Positions 39,264-49,034 of a DNA stretch of 64,000 nt are shown in pieces (position 1 is the stretch's first letter; each line of letters begins with the position of its first letter). Position numbers and translations under genes: made by a program. The stretch is from positions 160,001 through 224,000 of the forward strand of contig CAWIGG010000002.1 in NCBI GenBank assembly GCA_963835575.1, in the 5' to 3' direction. A model generated the notes under the pieces. That model did no database searches. It was given only the letters and a program-made list of their open reading frames with translations, and was not told where the DNA came from. Source of the DNA: an uncultured Spirochaetota bacterium (lineage in GTDB: Bacteria; Spirochaetota; Brevinematia; Brevinematales; JAOACQ01).

Positions 39264-41783
39264 ATGAAGAAAATCTTTGGTTTAAAGAGAATAATCGCTC
39301 TTTTAACCTTGATGACGGCGGGCATCGTTATTTCTTTGTTTATCGCTTCATGCTCTACGTCGATTAATTCTGGCGGTAATAATGGTTTTACAGACCAGAA
39401 TTCTCAAACTAAGGCAGGAGGCTATAACTACGGTGAAGCCCTCCAGAAGGCCATTATGTTCTACGAGTTCCAGAGGTCTGGAACAATCCCTTCAGATCAG
39501 AGAGACAACTGGAGAGGGAACTCCGGTATGAGCGACGCAGTCCTCGGCGGTTACTATGACGCCGGCGACCATGTCAAATTCAACCTTCCCATGGCCTTTT
39601 CAGCCAGTATGATGGCCTGGTCTCTCTATGAAAACGCTTCGGCTTATACGGCCACTGGTCAGACCGCTTATATTCAGAAAGCGATCCAGTGGGTTTGCGA
39701 CTACCTTGTCGGATGCCAGAGCGGAAACATCTATCAGATCGGCGACGGCAGTCTGGACCATGCCTGGTGGGGTCCCTGCGAAGTCATGCAGATGTCAAGA
39801 CCTGCGGCATCATCGGCTCAATGTTCTGCCGTATGGGGAGAAAGCGCCGCCGCTCTTGCCGCCGCTTCCAAAGTGCTCGGCAATTCTTCCTACCTGTCGG
39901 CTGCGAAGACCTATTTCAGCAAGGCTGAAAGTGCTATGAGCGATTCCGGTTATACCGCCGCTAACGGTTATTACAATTCCTGGAGCGGTTTCTATGATGA
40001 ACTGGTCTGGGCGGCAGTATGGCTCTATATTGCCTCCGGTGACAGCACATATTTAACGAAAGCTCAAACCTATTTTGGAAATATCGGGATGGAAGGACAG
40101 TCTTCCAACGTTGCTTACAAATGGACACAATCTTGGGACGACAAGCATTACGGCGCAGAGCTTTTGCTTGCCAAGTTAACAGGCGGCGCCCAATATAAAA
40201 CAGCCATTGAAAACAACCTGGACTACTGGACCACAGGCGGTCCTGACGGCTCCAAGATTACTTATACTCCCAAGGGTCTGGCCCATCTGGATAACTGGGG
40301 ATGTATCAGGTACGCTATGGGCGCTTCAACTCTAGCTTTTTGCTATGCCAACTGGTCCGGCGCGAATGCCACAAAAGCCGCCACTTACAAGTCTTTTGCT
40401 GAAACGCAGGTCAATTATGCTCTCGGCAGCACAGGCAGAAGCTATATAATCGGTTTCGGAAGCAATTATCCCCAGCATCCGCACCACAGAACGGCTGAAA
40501 GCTCATGGGCAGACAGCCAGACAGTACCGCCCTATTGCCGTCATACACTTATCGGCGCATTGGTCGGCGGTCCTGACGCAAGCGACAATTTTACCGACGA
40601 TGACAGCCAGTATCAATACACTGAACCGGCCTGCGACTATAACGCATGCTTGATCGGCGCACTGGCATATATGTATAATTCCTACGGCGGTACACCGGTA
40701 GCCAACTTGACGGCTAATGAAACTCCTTCCAACCTGGAATATTTTGTTCAGACTGCGCAAAATGCCACAGGAAATAACTTCTTTGAAGTCAAGTTTGATT
40801 TGTTCAACGAGTCAGGGTGGCCGGCAAGGGCGCTTTCAAACTCTGTGTCATTCCGCTACTTTTTTGATATTTCCGAACTTGTTGCAAAAGGGCATACCGC
40901 TAGTGATATTACCCTTACCGTCAATTACAATCAGGACAGCGCGGGTGTAGCCACACTGAAGCAGTGGAGCGGGAATATCTATTATATCAATGTCAACTGG
41001 ACCGGATTGATCTATCCCGGCGGACAGTCGATGTACAAGAAAGAAATTCAGGTCAGGTTTACTTATCCGACAGACGTGACAAACGATAACTCCAATGACT
41101 GGTCCTACCAGTATTTTAACAATGTAGTTACAACCGGAACAACAAATAACCCCAATGTGCCTGTATACATCAATGGGACGAAAGTTTATGGTAATGAACC
41201 CGGCGCAGCTTCTTCTTCAGCTGCTTCATCTGTAGCCGCGAGTTCACGTCCAGCATCCTCAGTAGCAGCATCCTCAATAGCAGCAAGCTCAGTGGCAGCA
41301 TCTTCATCATTGGCCGCATCATCCATAGCTGCTAGTTCACGGTCGAGCGTAGCATCCTCAGTAGCAGTCAGCTCGAGCCGGTCCAGTGTTGCGTCTTCAG
41401 TAGCAGTTTCCAGCGTTGCATCTTCAGTTGCTGTTTCCAGCGCAGCTTCTTCAGTCAGCGGCGGATATGCGGTTAATTACACCGTCAATAATGACTGGGG
41501 CGCGGGCGCTACATGCACGGTGACCATTAAGAACAATTCCGCTACAGCCCTCAGCAGCTGGTCTCTTGTCTGGACTTTTGCAGGCAACCAGGCGATCACG
41601 CAGATCTGGAGCGCAACGCAGACTTCCAGCGGTGAAACGGTGACTGTCAATAACCTGAGCTACAATAATGTCATCGGCGCGAACGGCGGAACGCAGAGCT
41701 TCGGCTTCAATTTGAGCTACAGCGGATCCAATGCAAAACCGACTTCGTTCACTTTGAACGGAACGGCATGTACACTTTACTAA
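39264..41783 (+). CDS. Lipoprotein endoglucanase GH9-CBM3c-linker-CBM2
   Basis: Lipobox IASC; GGYYDAGDHVKF, HPHHR, TEPACDYNA, ESGWPAR, C-terminal CBM2. Confidence 0.95.
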   Translation: MKKIFGLKRIIALLTLMTAGIVISLFIASCSTSINSGGNNGFTDQNSQTKAGGYNYGEALQKAIMFYEFQRSGTIPSDQRDNWRGNSGMSDAVLGGYYDAGDHVKFNLPMAFSASMMAWSLYENASAYTATGQTAYIQKAIQWVCDYLVGCQSGNIYQIGDGSLDHAWWGPCEVMQMSRPAASSAQCSAVWGESAAALAAASKVLGNSSYLSAAKTYFSKAESAMSDSGYTAANGYYNSWSGFYDELVWAAVWLYIASGDSTYLTKAQTYFGNIGMEGQSSNVAYKWTQSWDDKHYGAELLLAKLTGGAQYKTAIENNLDYWTTGGPDGSKITYTPKGLAHLDNWGCIRYAMGASTLAFCYANWSGANATKAATYKSFAETQVNYALGSTGRSYIIGFGSNYPQHPHHRTAESSWADSQTVPPYCRHTLIGALVGGPDASDNFTDDDSQYQYTEPACDYNACLIGALAYMYNSYGGTPVANLTANETPSNLEYFVQTAQNATGNNFFEVKFDLFNESGWPARALSNSVSFRYFFDISELVAKGHTASDITLTVNYNQDSAGVATLKQWSGNIYYINVNWTGLIYPGGQSMYKKEIQVRFTYPTDVTNDNSNDWSYQYFNNVVTTGTTNNPNVPVYINGTKVYGNEPGAASSSAASSVAASSRPASSVAASSIAASSVAASSSLAASSIAASSRSSVASSVAVSSSRSSVASSVAVSSVASSVAVSSAASSVSGGYAVNYTVNNDWGAGATCTVTIKNNSATALSSWSLVWTFAGNQAITQIWSATQTSSGETVTVNNLSYNNVIGANGGTQSFGFNLSYSGSNAKPTSFTLNGTACTLY

Positions 41784-41894
41784 GCAGAGTTAATTTTGAG
41801 TAACTAAATAAAAGCAGAGGTTGGGGCATGCCCCGGCCTTTGCTTCTTAAATAGGAAAGAATTCTAATATCATCCTGAAAAAAGGAGGAGAAAA

Positions 41895-43736
41895 ATGATA
41901 AAGAGAAACAAAGTGAAACTAATTTTATTAGGTTTAGGTGCAATGTTTTTTGTTCTCCAGTTTTCTACCTGCTCATTACAGTCTAATCAGGAAACTGGAC
42001 AGCAAAACAATACGACGGCTGTCAATACACAGAAAGCCACGGTTTCCAGCGTCGGGCGTCTGACAGGCGTCAACTGGTTCGGATTTGAAACCGGAAACTT
42101 CTGTCCCCATGGTCTCTGGTCCAGAGACTATAAATCCATGTTGAAGCAGATCAAAGACCTCGGTTTTAACTGTATTCGTATGCCCTGGTGCAACGATATG
42201 CTGTCGGCAACTCCCAACAGCATACAGATCAACGCTTCAGGCGTGGACGCGTACACAGGTCAGACCGGCCTGAACATGGACCTGGCCGGACTTTCTTCAA
42301 TCCAGGTAATGGACAAGGTAATCGATGAGGCAACCAGGGTCGACGGTATAAAGATCATCCTGGACAACCATTCAAAGACACATGACAACTATAATAATGA
42401 AACATTATGGTACACATCATCCTGTTCGGAAAGCCAGGGTATTTCGGATTGGCTTACTCTAATCAACCGTTATAAGAATAACGCGTATGTTTGCGGGGCC
42501 GATCTGAAGAACAAGCCTCATGGCAATATGACTACAGGTATGAGACCGCCTGCGACCTGGGGTTATGATGAACCCGGTCAGGGAACGACAGACTGGAAAG
42601 CGGCCGCCGAAAGGATCGGTACCGCCATCCTTAACGCCAATCCCAATATGATCATCATCGTGGAAGGCGTGGAATGCTATTACAATTATCCTACGGATAC
42701 TGTTACCAACTTCTTCTGGTGGGGCGGCGAATTATCAGGTGTTGCAGACCATCCTATCACTGCTATTCCTTCTGCCCAGCTGATGTATTCTGTTCATGAG
42801 TACGGTCCCGAAGTCTATAATCAGTCCTGGTTCCAGGATTCCACATTCCCGAACAATATGCCTGCCATCTGGGACAAACATTACTATTTTATTAAAAAGA
42901 ATGGCATAGGCTCTCTGTTCTTCGGTGAATTCGGCATAACGGAATCCGCAGTAGAAGCCGGCGGAGTGGCAGCCACATGGTATAAGAACTTTATGGCATA
43001 TATCGGAACCGCCAACAGCTGGACATTCTGGTGCATCAACCCGGATTCCGGCGACACCGGCGGTATATTACAGAACAACTGGGTTACTGTAGAGCCGTCT
43101 AAATACGCGGTTTTGAAACCCTATCTGGCCGCTCAATTCTCGCCTCTCGGCGGAGCAAGTTCATCTTCATCCTCTACTGTATCTTCAGTTGCTGCGAGTT
43201 CGAGCCGGGCAGCATCCTCAGTGGCAGTCAGTTCGAGCAGATCGAGCGCAGCTTCTTCAGTCGCTGCAAGCTCCAGCCGGGCCGCATCCAGCGTTGCTTC
43301 ATCTATAGCCGCTAGTTCACGGTCCAGTGTTGCTTCTTCTGCAGCGGTTAGTTCGAGCCGGTCGAGCGCCGCATCCAGCGCCGCGGCTTCCAGTACTGCC
43401 GCTTCATCAGGCGGCGGATATGCTGTTAATTATACGGTTAATAATGACTGGGGCGCAGGCGCCACATGCACGGTGACCGTTAAGAACAACAGCGCTACGG
43501 CTGTAAATGGATGGTCCTTAGTATGGACTTACGCTGGCAATCAGACGCTGACGCAGATTTGGAACGCCACATATACCGCAAGCGGAGAGACCATTACCGT
43601 CACAAACGCAAGCTTTAACAATGTCATAAGCGTAAACGGCGGGACGCAGAGCTTCGGCTTCAATCTGAGCTACAGCGGGTCCAATGCAAAACCGGCTTCG
43701 TTCACTTTGAACGGAACGGCTTGCACAACATACTAA
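41895..43736 (+). CDS. Lipoprotein GH5 (GH5_1-like endoglucanase fold)-linker-CBM2; acid/base Glu replaced by Lys
   Basis: GVNWFGFET, HGLW, LDNH, DLKNKPH (canonical NEPH), WWGG, VHEYG, GEFG, NPDSGDTGG. Confidence 0.9.
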   Translation: MIKRNKVKLILLGLGAMFFVLQFSTCSLQSNQETGQQNNTTAVNTQKATVSSVGRLTGVNWFGFETGNFCPHGLWSRDYKSMLKQIKDLGFNCIRMPWCNDMLSATPNSIQINASGVDAYTGQTGLNMDLAGLSSIQVMDKVIDEATRVDGIKIILDNHSKTHDNYNNETLWYTSSCSESQGISDWLTLINRYKNNAYVCGADLKNKPHGNMTTGMRPPATWGYDEPGQGTTDWKAAAERIGTAILNANPNMIIIVEGVECYYNYPTDTVTNFFWWGGELSGVADHPITAIPSAQLMYSVHEYGPEVYNQSWFQDSTFPNNMPAIWDKHYYFIKKNGIGSLFFGEFGITESAVEAGGVAATWYKNFMAYIGTANSWTFWCINPDSGDTGGILQNNWVTVEPSKYAVLKPYLAAQFSPLGGASSSSSSTVSSVAASSSRAASSVAVSSSRSSAASSVAASSSRAASSVASSIAASSRSSVASSAAVSSSRSSAASSAAASSTAASSGGGYAVNYTVNNDWGAGATCTVTVKNNSATAVNGWSLVWTYAGNQTLTQIWNATYTASGETITVTNASFNNVISVNGGTQSFGFNLSYSGSNAKPASFTLNGTACTTY

Positions 43737-43809
43737 GGCGAATAAATAGCGAGATATTTTAAGAAGCTCTCAATTAGGGAGTGGAACCATAAAAACCAAT
43801 CTCCATGTT

Positions 43810-43848
43810 ATATCCCCCCTCCCTTATCAGGGTGGGGGGATATTTTTT
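43810..43848 (+). terminator. Intrinsic terminator
   Basis: ATATCCCCCC...GGGGGGATAT followed by a T tract. Confidence 0.75.
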
Positions 43849-44169
43849 ACAGAGAAAGCGTTTTAAAAAATAAAGGAGGATAAAAACCTGACTAAGGTTT
43901 TAAGTAATAACAGAAAAATAAGGTTTATGATAAAAAATTATATTTTATAAAAAAGAAAGGGTTTTGAATCAAGAAAGGATATAATAAAAATATTTTATGG
44001 TATTGAAAGCATATCTTTTTTCACTCAGTCCTTTCCTTTAAGGCTTTATTACCCTTTTATTATTAATCTTTAACGATAAGAACGGGATGCGTTATTATGT
44101 TTTTATAATATTTTTTTAGTAAAATAATGGTATTGAGGTTAAAGTAGTACAAATATTTTAAAAAGGAGT

Positions 44170-45990
44170 GTGAAAGTTATGAAGAGAATTCTTTCGGCAG
44201 TTATTTTACTCATTGCCGCCGTATCCTGTTCGGTTTTGGATAACGGCAGTAATTCAGTAAATAGCGGGCAGAATCAGACTGGAAATACTGTAAAAGCGGC
44301 GCCGGCCGGGTTTGTTTACGCGCAGGGCACGCAGTTCATGATCGACGGAAAGCCTTTCTATTTCGCCGGCTGTAACGCCTACAGCATCTTTACCGTCGGA
44401 GAGGACTGGATGACCAATTCAACCAACGATATTGAAAACTACGCGATCGGCAAGACAAACATTGATACCTTTATGAGCAACATGGCGGTCATCGGCGTCA
44501 AGGTCTTGAGGACCTGGGGCTTCGATCACCAGGCCTGGATGGGATATGAACCCGCGAATGGTGTATATAATGAAGCGCAGTTCATGAAATTCGACTATAT
44601 CCTGCAGTCAGCCCAGAAATACGGCATCAAGGTGATCATTGTACTGGAGAATTATTGGGCGGATTATGGCGGTATAGATGCGGTACTGCAATGGTTTGGC
44701 CTTCCTTCAGGGGATTATGCGTCCAGGGTAGCATTTTTTACAAATGCGAGCTGCATTCAGTCTTATAAAAATTATGTCCAGCACTGGTTAACCAGGCTCA
44801 ACCATTACACATTGAAGACTTACAGCGCCGATCCCGCAATATTTTCCTGGGAATTGATGAACAAACCGAGAGGCCCGAATGGGGATAGTACCGGTACCAT
44901 ATTGAGGGCCTGGGTTGATCAAATGGGTTCGTATATCAAGAGCCTGGATCCGAACCATATGGTCAGCGCCGGTTTAGAGGGTCATGGAACAAAATACGGC
45001 TTCGGAGGCGATGAAGGCAACCCGTTTGTTTACATACATCAATCGCCTTATATTGATTTCTGCACGGCCCATCCTTATCCCGATGAAAGCTGGGCAAACC
45101 TTACTACAAACCAGGCTGCGGCATTGGTCGATGCATGGATTGCCGACGCGCATGGCGTCGTCGGAAAGCCTTTTGTAATGGAGGAGTTTAATACTCATAA
45201 CAATAAACAAGCCTACTGGACGGCCATGTATACGGAAATTGAAAATAAAAACGCCGCAGGGGACTGCTTCTGGAATTTTAATCTTTCTTCGACAAGCGAT
45301 TTCGATATGCTTCCCGGGGATGCAGTTTTGACAGGTGTATTTATGCCCCATGCCGCTAAAATGGCCTCCAAAAGCGGACCAGTCGGTTCTTCCAGCAGCG
45401 CGGTATCCTCAGTTGCTGTGAGTTCCAGCCGCTCCAGTACTGTTTCATCAGCTGCGGTAAGTTCGAGCCTGTCGAGCGCAGCTTCATCAACGGCAGTCAG
45501 TTCGAGCAGATCAAGCGCGGCTTCATCAACAGCGGCAAGCTCCAGCAGATCGAGCGCAGCATCCTCTGTAGCAGTCAGCTCGAGCCGATCCAGTGTTGCG
45601 TCTTCAGTAGCAGTTTCCAGTGTTGCATCTTCAGTTGCTGTTTCCAGCGCAGCTTCTTCAGTCAGCGGCGGATATGCGGTTAATTACACCGTCAATAATG
45701 ACTGGGGCGCGGGCGCTACATGCACGGTGACCATTAAGAACAATTCCGCTACAGCCCTCAGCAGCTGGTCTCTTGTCTGGACTTTTGCAGGCAACCAGGC
45801 TATAACCCAGATATGGAGCGCCAGTCAGACTACCAGCGGTGAAATAGTGACTGCCGTGAATTTAAGCTACAATGGCACGATCGGCGCGAACGGCGGGACG
45901 CAGAGCTTCGGTTTTAATCTGAGCTACAGCGGTTCGAACGCAAAACCAACGTCGTTCACTTTGAATGGAACGGCATGCACACTTTATTAA
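44170..45990 (+). CDS. Lipoprotein GH5 (mannanase-like, GH5_7-related)-linker-CBM2; acid/base Glu replaced by Lys
   Basis: G.QF.IDGKPFYFAG.NAY, LRTWGF, NYW.DYGG, WELMNKPR (canonical NEPR), G.EG, HPYP, MEEF. Confidence 0.88.
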   Translation: MKVMKRILSAVILLIAAVSCSVLDNGSNSVNSGQNQTGNTVKAAPAGFVYAQGTQFMIDGKPFYFAGCNAYSIFTVGEDWMTNSTNDIENYAIGKTNIDTFMSNMAVIGVKVLRTWGFDHQAWMGYEPANGVYNEAQFMKFDYILQSAQKYGIKVIIVLENYWADYGGIDAVLQWFGLPSGDYASRVAFFTNASCIQSYKNYVQHWLTRLNHYTLKTYSADPAIFSWELMNKPRGPNGDSTGTILRAWVDQMGSYIKSLDPNHMVSAGLEGHGTKYGFGGDEGNPFVYIHQSPYIDFCTAHPYPDESWANLTTNQAAALVDAWIADAHGVVGKPFVMEEFNTHNNKQAYWTAMYTEIENKNAAGDCFWNFNLSSTSDFDMLPGDAVLTGVFMPHAAKMASKSGPVGSSSSAVSSVAVSSSRSSTVSSAAVSSSLSSAASSTAVSSSRSSAASSTAASSSRSSAASSVAVSSSRSSVASSVAVSSVASSVAVSSAASSVSGGYAVNYTVNNDWGAGATCTVTIKNNSATALSSWSLVWTFAGNQAITQIWSASQTTSGEIVTAVNLSYNGTIGANGGTQSFGFNLSYSGSNAKPTSFTLNGTACTLY

Positions 45991-46104
45991 AAAATGTTGA
46001 GAGCGGCCCTGATATTTAGGAATGAATAAGATAGTTAAAAATCCTCCCTCATTTATTTGAGGGAGGAACGCTTTTATCTTAAGAAAATTTTTGAGGAGAG
46101 TTTT

Positions 46105-48921
46105 ATGAAGAAGGTCTTTGCAATGGTTTTAGTGATAATGGCATACCTGATTATAACAGCTTGTCAGGTAATGGTTTTCAATCATGATGAGACTATTCAT
46201 GATAGAATAGGGAGCAAGGCCCTCCTTTCCAACGGAATTCCAACCGTGGCATGGGTTAAGGATATTAATGCGGGAGGCTATATCGACGGCGCGTCCATCG
46301 GCGGTTTCGGCGCGGGCACGATCACTCTTCGCTTTGATGGAAATTTTTACAGAGGAAGGCTGAATATCAGCGAGAGTAATATGACTGTCGATACAAGCTG
46401 TAACTTTTATATATACCAGAAGCCGTCCGGGCAGAGCGCCGTATTTAAAAAGCTTAACGCTGCGACTCTTGGTTCGGGCCAGGCAAATTATTATTCTCTC
46501 TTTCCGGTTTCCTGGGTTGATTATTATGGAAGCGCATTCACGGCCAAAGTCAAAGTTAAGCAGTTCAGTCCGATCATTCCCGGCGACTACCAGAGAACAA
46601 GCTATCCGGTGGGCATTTATGTCTGGTCTATCTCGAATCCGACCAGTTCTCCATGCGATGTGGCCATCATGCTGACCTGGAACAATAATTTCAGCGGCAG
46701 TACGGCTGCGGCTTTTGTTTCTAATAATAATAAAGGCATCATTTTACAGAGGAGCGGCACTTCGGCCGCCGCTGAAAAGAACCAGGGAGAGTTTACCCTG
46801 GCCTCCCAGGAACAAACCGGAGTTTCCGTCACATATGAATCGGCGACAGCGGTCTCAACCCTGGAAAATGATTTCTCGACAAACGGCACTCTCAAAAATT
46901 CAACGGGCAGCCATACCAACGGCGCTGTTGCTTTCAAAGTAACGCTTGCTGCCGGTCAGTCCATAAATATTCCCATCGTCCTGGCATGGGATATTCCGAT
47001 TGTCCAGCTGGGGAACAAGTGGTACAGGGAATACACCAGGTATTTCAGCCGTTCAGGACTGAATTCCTCCGCGATTGCGAATGAGGCTCTCAATAATTAT
47101 ACGGCCTGGCAGTCGTCTGTGGACAGCTGGCAGAATAACATCATCAACAGTTCGGTATACCCGGATTGGCTGAAGACAACGCTCTTCAACGAACTCTATT
47201 ATTATTTTGTAGGCGGGACAATCTGGGAGGCCGGAGCCGCTTCGGGCCAGGCTGATAACGCAAGCGAGGATATGTTCAGTCACATGGAATGCTACGATTA
47301 CGCTTTTTACGGCACATCGGACGTCCGGTTCTACGGTTCGTGGCCTCTGGCATTGCTCTGGCCTAACCTGGATAAACAGGCCGTGAAGCAGTTCAGCGAC
47401 AGCATCTATAATAATAGAAGCGACCGCCCGGCGGCGCTGGGCACATGCGCGCATGATTTCGGGACAACAAACAATGTCTTTACAATATGGAACGCTTATA
47501 CATACAGGGATTCCACAACCTGGAAGGATCTTAATTCCAAGTTTGTCCTGATGGTTTACAGGGATTATGTCCTGACGGGCAAAAGCGACACGACATTCCT
47601 GAATTACTGCTGGACGTCCGTCAAAACGGCGATGACCAAGGTCAAGGGACAGGATACGGATTCCGACGGCCTTCCAAATTCCACTGGAATCGATCAGACT
47701 TATGATGATATGAGCCTCTCCGGCAATACGGCCTACTGCGGAAGCCTCTTCCTTGCGGCATGTCTTGCCGCCAAGCAGATCGCGCTGGCAATGGGAGATT
47801 CTTCAACCGCAAGCACCTACCAGTCCTGGTATGACCAGGGCAAGGCCAGCTTTGAATCCAAGCTCTGGAACGGTTCCTACTATAATATAGATACCGGCAG
47901 TTCGGCGACAAACAGGATCATGAGCGATCAGCTTTGCGGTGAGTGGTACGCAAAAGCGCTTGGTCTGGGTAATATTCTGGACAGTTCTCATATTTCGAGC
48001 GCTTTCACCGTGATCTATCAGAACAACTTTAAAAAATTCGACAGCGGTACGCATGGTGTGGTCAATGTCATGACAAGCAGCGGTTCGATTGACAGCACAA
48101 GCTCCCAGACACGGGAGATGTGGGTCGGGACTGCCTGGGGCGTTACGGCGGGAATGATCCAGGAGGGATTGACATCGCAGGCGTCCGAGATCGGGAACAG
48201 CCTTTACAGTACGATCTATTTGAACAATCAGCTCTATTTCAGGACGCCGGAAGCCTGGCAGTCGGGGGTCTCATCTATAAGGGCTTATTATTATATGAGA
48301 GCCAATGCCGTTTGGGCTGTCAAATACGCTTATGATAACGCCGGAACACCGGCCAGCTCATCCTCATCAATCAGTTCGAGCGTTATATCGAGTGCGGCAT
48401 CATCAACAGCTGTCAGTTCAAGTCTGTCTAGCGCTGCTTCATCAACAGCAGTAAGCTCGAGCCGCTCAAGCGTTGCATCGTCAGTTGCGGTCAGTTCGAG
48501 CAGATCGAGCGTTGCATCGTCAGTTGCAGTCAGTTCGAGCCGGGCCGCATCCAGTGCGGCTGCGAGCGTTGCTTCCAGTACAGCCGCTTCATCAGGCGGC
48601 GGTTATGCTGTTAATTATACCGTCAATAACGATTGGGGCGCGGGCGCTACATGCACAGTTACTGTAAAGAACAATAGCGCAACAGCAGTAAACGGCTGGA
48701 CCTTAGTATGGACATTCGCAGGTAATCAAACTCTGACACAGATATGGAACGCTGCATATACCGCAAGCGGAGAGACCATTACCGTCACAAACGCAAGCTT
48801 TAACAATGTCATAGGCGCGAACGGCGGGACGCAGAGCTTTGGTTTCAATTTGAGCTACAGCGGATCCAATGCAAAACCGGCTTCGTTCACTTTGAACGGA
48901 ACGGCCTGCTCAGTTTATTAA
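46105..48921 (+). CDS. Lipoprotein GH116 beta-glucosidase-like-linker-CBM2
   Basis: GGFGAGTI, QFSPIIP..Y...SYPV, LFNELYY, ECYDY, T.DV.FY, HDFG, WKDLNSKFVL, DQTYD, DQL.G, RTPEA, YMR; start MKKVF after GAGGAG. Confidence 0.92.
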   Translation: MKKVFAMVLVIMAYLIITACQVMVFNHDETIHDRIGSKALLSNGIPTVAWVKDINAGGYIDGASIGGFGAGTITLRFDGNFYRGRLNISESNMTVDTSCNFYIYQKPSGQSAVFKKLNAATLGSGQANYYSLFPVSWVDYYGSAFTAKVKVKQFSPIIPGDYQRTSYPVGIYVWSISNPTSSPCDVAIMLTWNNNFSGSTAAAFVSNNNKGIILQRSGTSAAAEKNQGEFTLASQEQTGVSVTYESATAVSTLENDFSTNGTLKNSTGSHTNGAVAFKVTLAAGQSINIPIVLAWDIPIVQLGNKWYREYTRYFSRSGLNSSAIANEALNNYTAWQSSVDSWQNNIINSSVYPDWLKTTLFNELYYYFVGGTIWEAGAASGQADNASEDMFSHMECYDYAFYGTSDVRFYGSWPLALLWPNLDKQAVKQFSDSIYNNRSDRPAALGTCAHDFGTTNNVFTIWNAYTYRDSTTWKDLNSKFVLMVYRDYVLTGKSDTTFLNYCWTSVKTAMTKVKGQDTDSDGLPNSTGIDQTYDDMSLSGNTAYCGSLFLAACLAAKQIALAMGDSSTASTYQSWYDQGKASFESKLWNGSYYNIDTGSSATNRIMSDQLCGEWYAKALGLGNILDSSHISSAFTVIYQNNFKKFDSGTHGVVNVMTSSGSIDSTSSQTREMWVGTAWGVTAGMIQEGLTSQASEIGNSLYSTIYLNNQLYFRTPEAWQSGVSSIRAYYYMRANAVWAVKYAYDNAGTPASSSSSISSSVISSAASSTAVSSSLSSAASSTAVSSSRSSVASSVAVSSSRSSVASSVAVSSSRAASSAAASVASSTAASSGGGYAVNYTVNNDWGAGATCTVTVKNNSATAVNGWTLVWTFAGNQTLTQIWNAAYTASGETITVTNASFNNVIGANGGTQSFGFNLSYSGSNAKPASFTLNGTACSVY

Positions 48922-49034
48922 TCTTAAAAGCGGCTGAATTTACGGCAGCCGCTGAGCCTGAAGATACTTTTTATGAAAAAGAGTTTGGCTAGGGAAATTT
49001 CTTAGGTTAAAAAATTTTTATAGGAGGCAGATAT

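Noticed and set aside
43850..44160. RBS-like AAAGGAGG and cre-like AGAAAGCGTTTTAA in the AT-rich spacer
   Set aside because: No credible ORF follows and a single weak match is expected by chance
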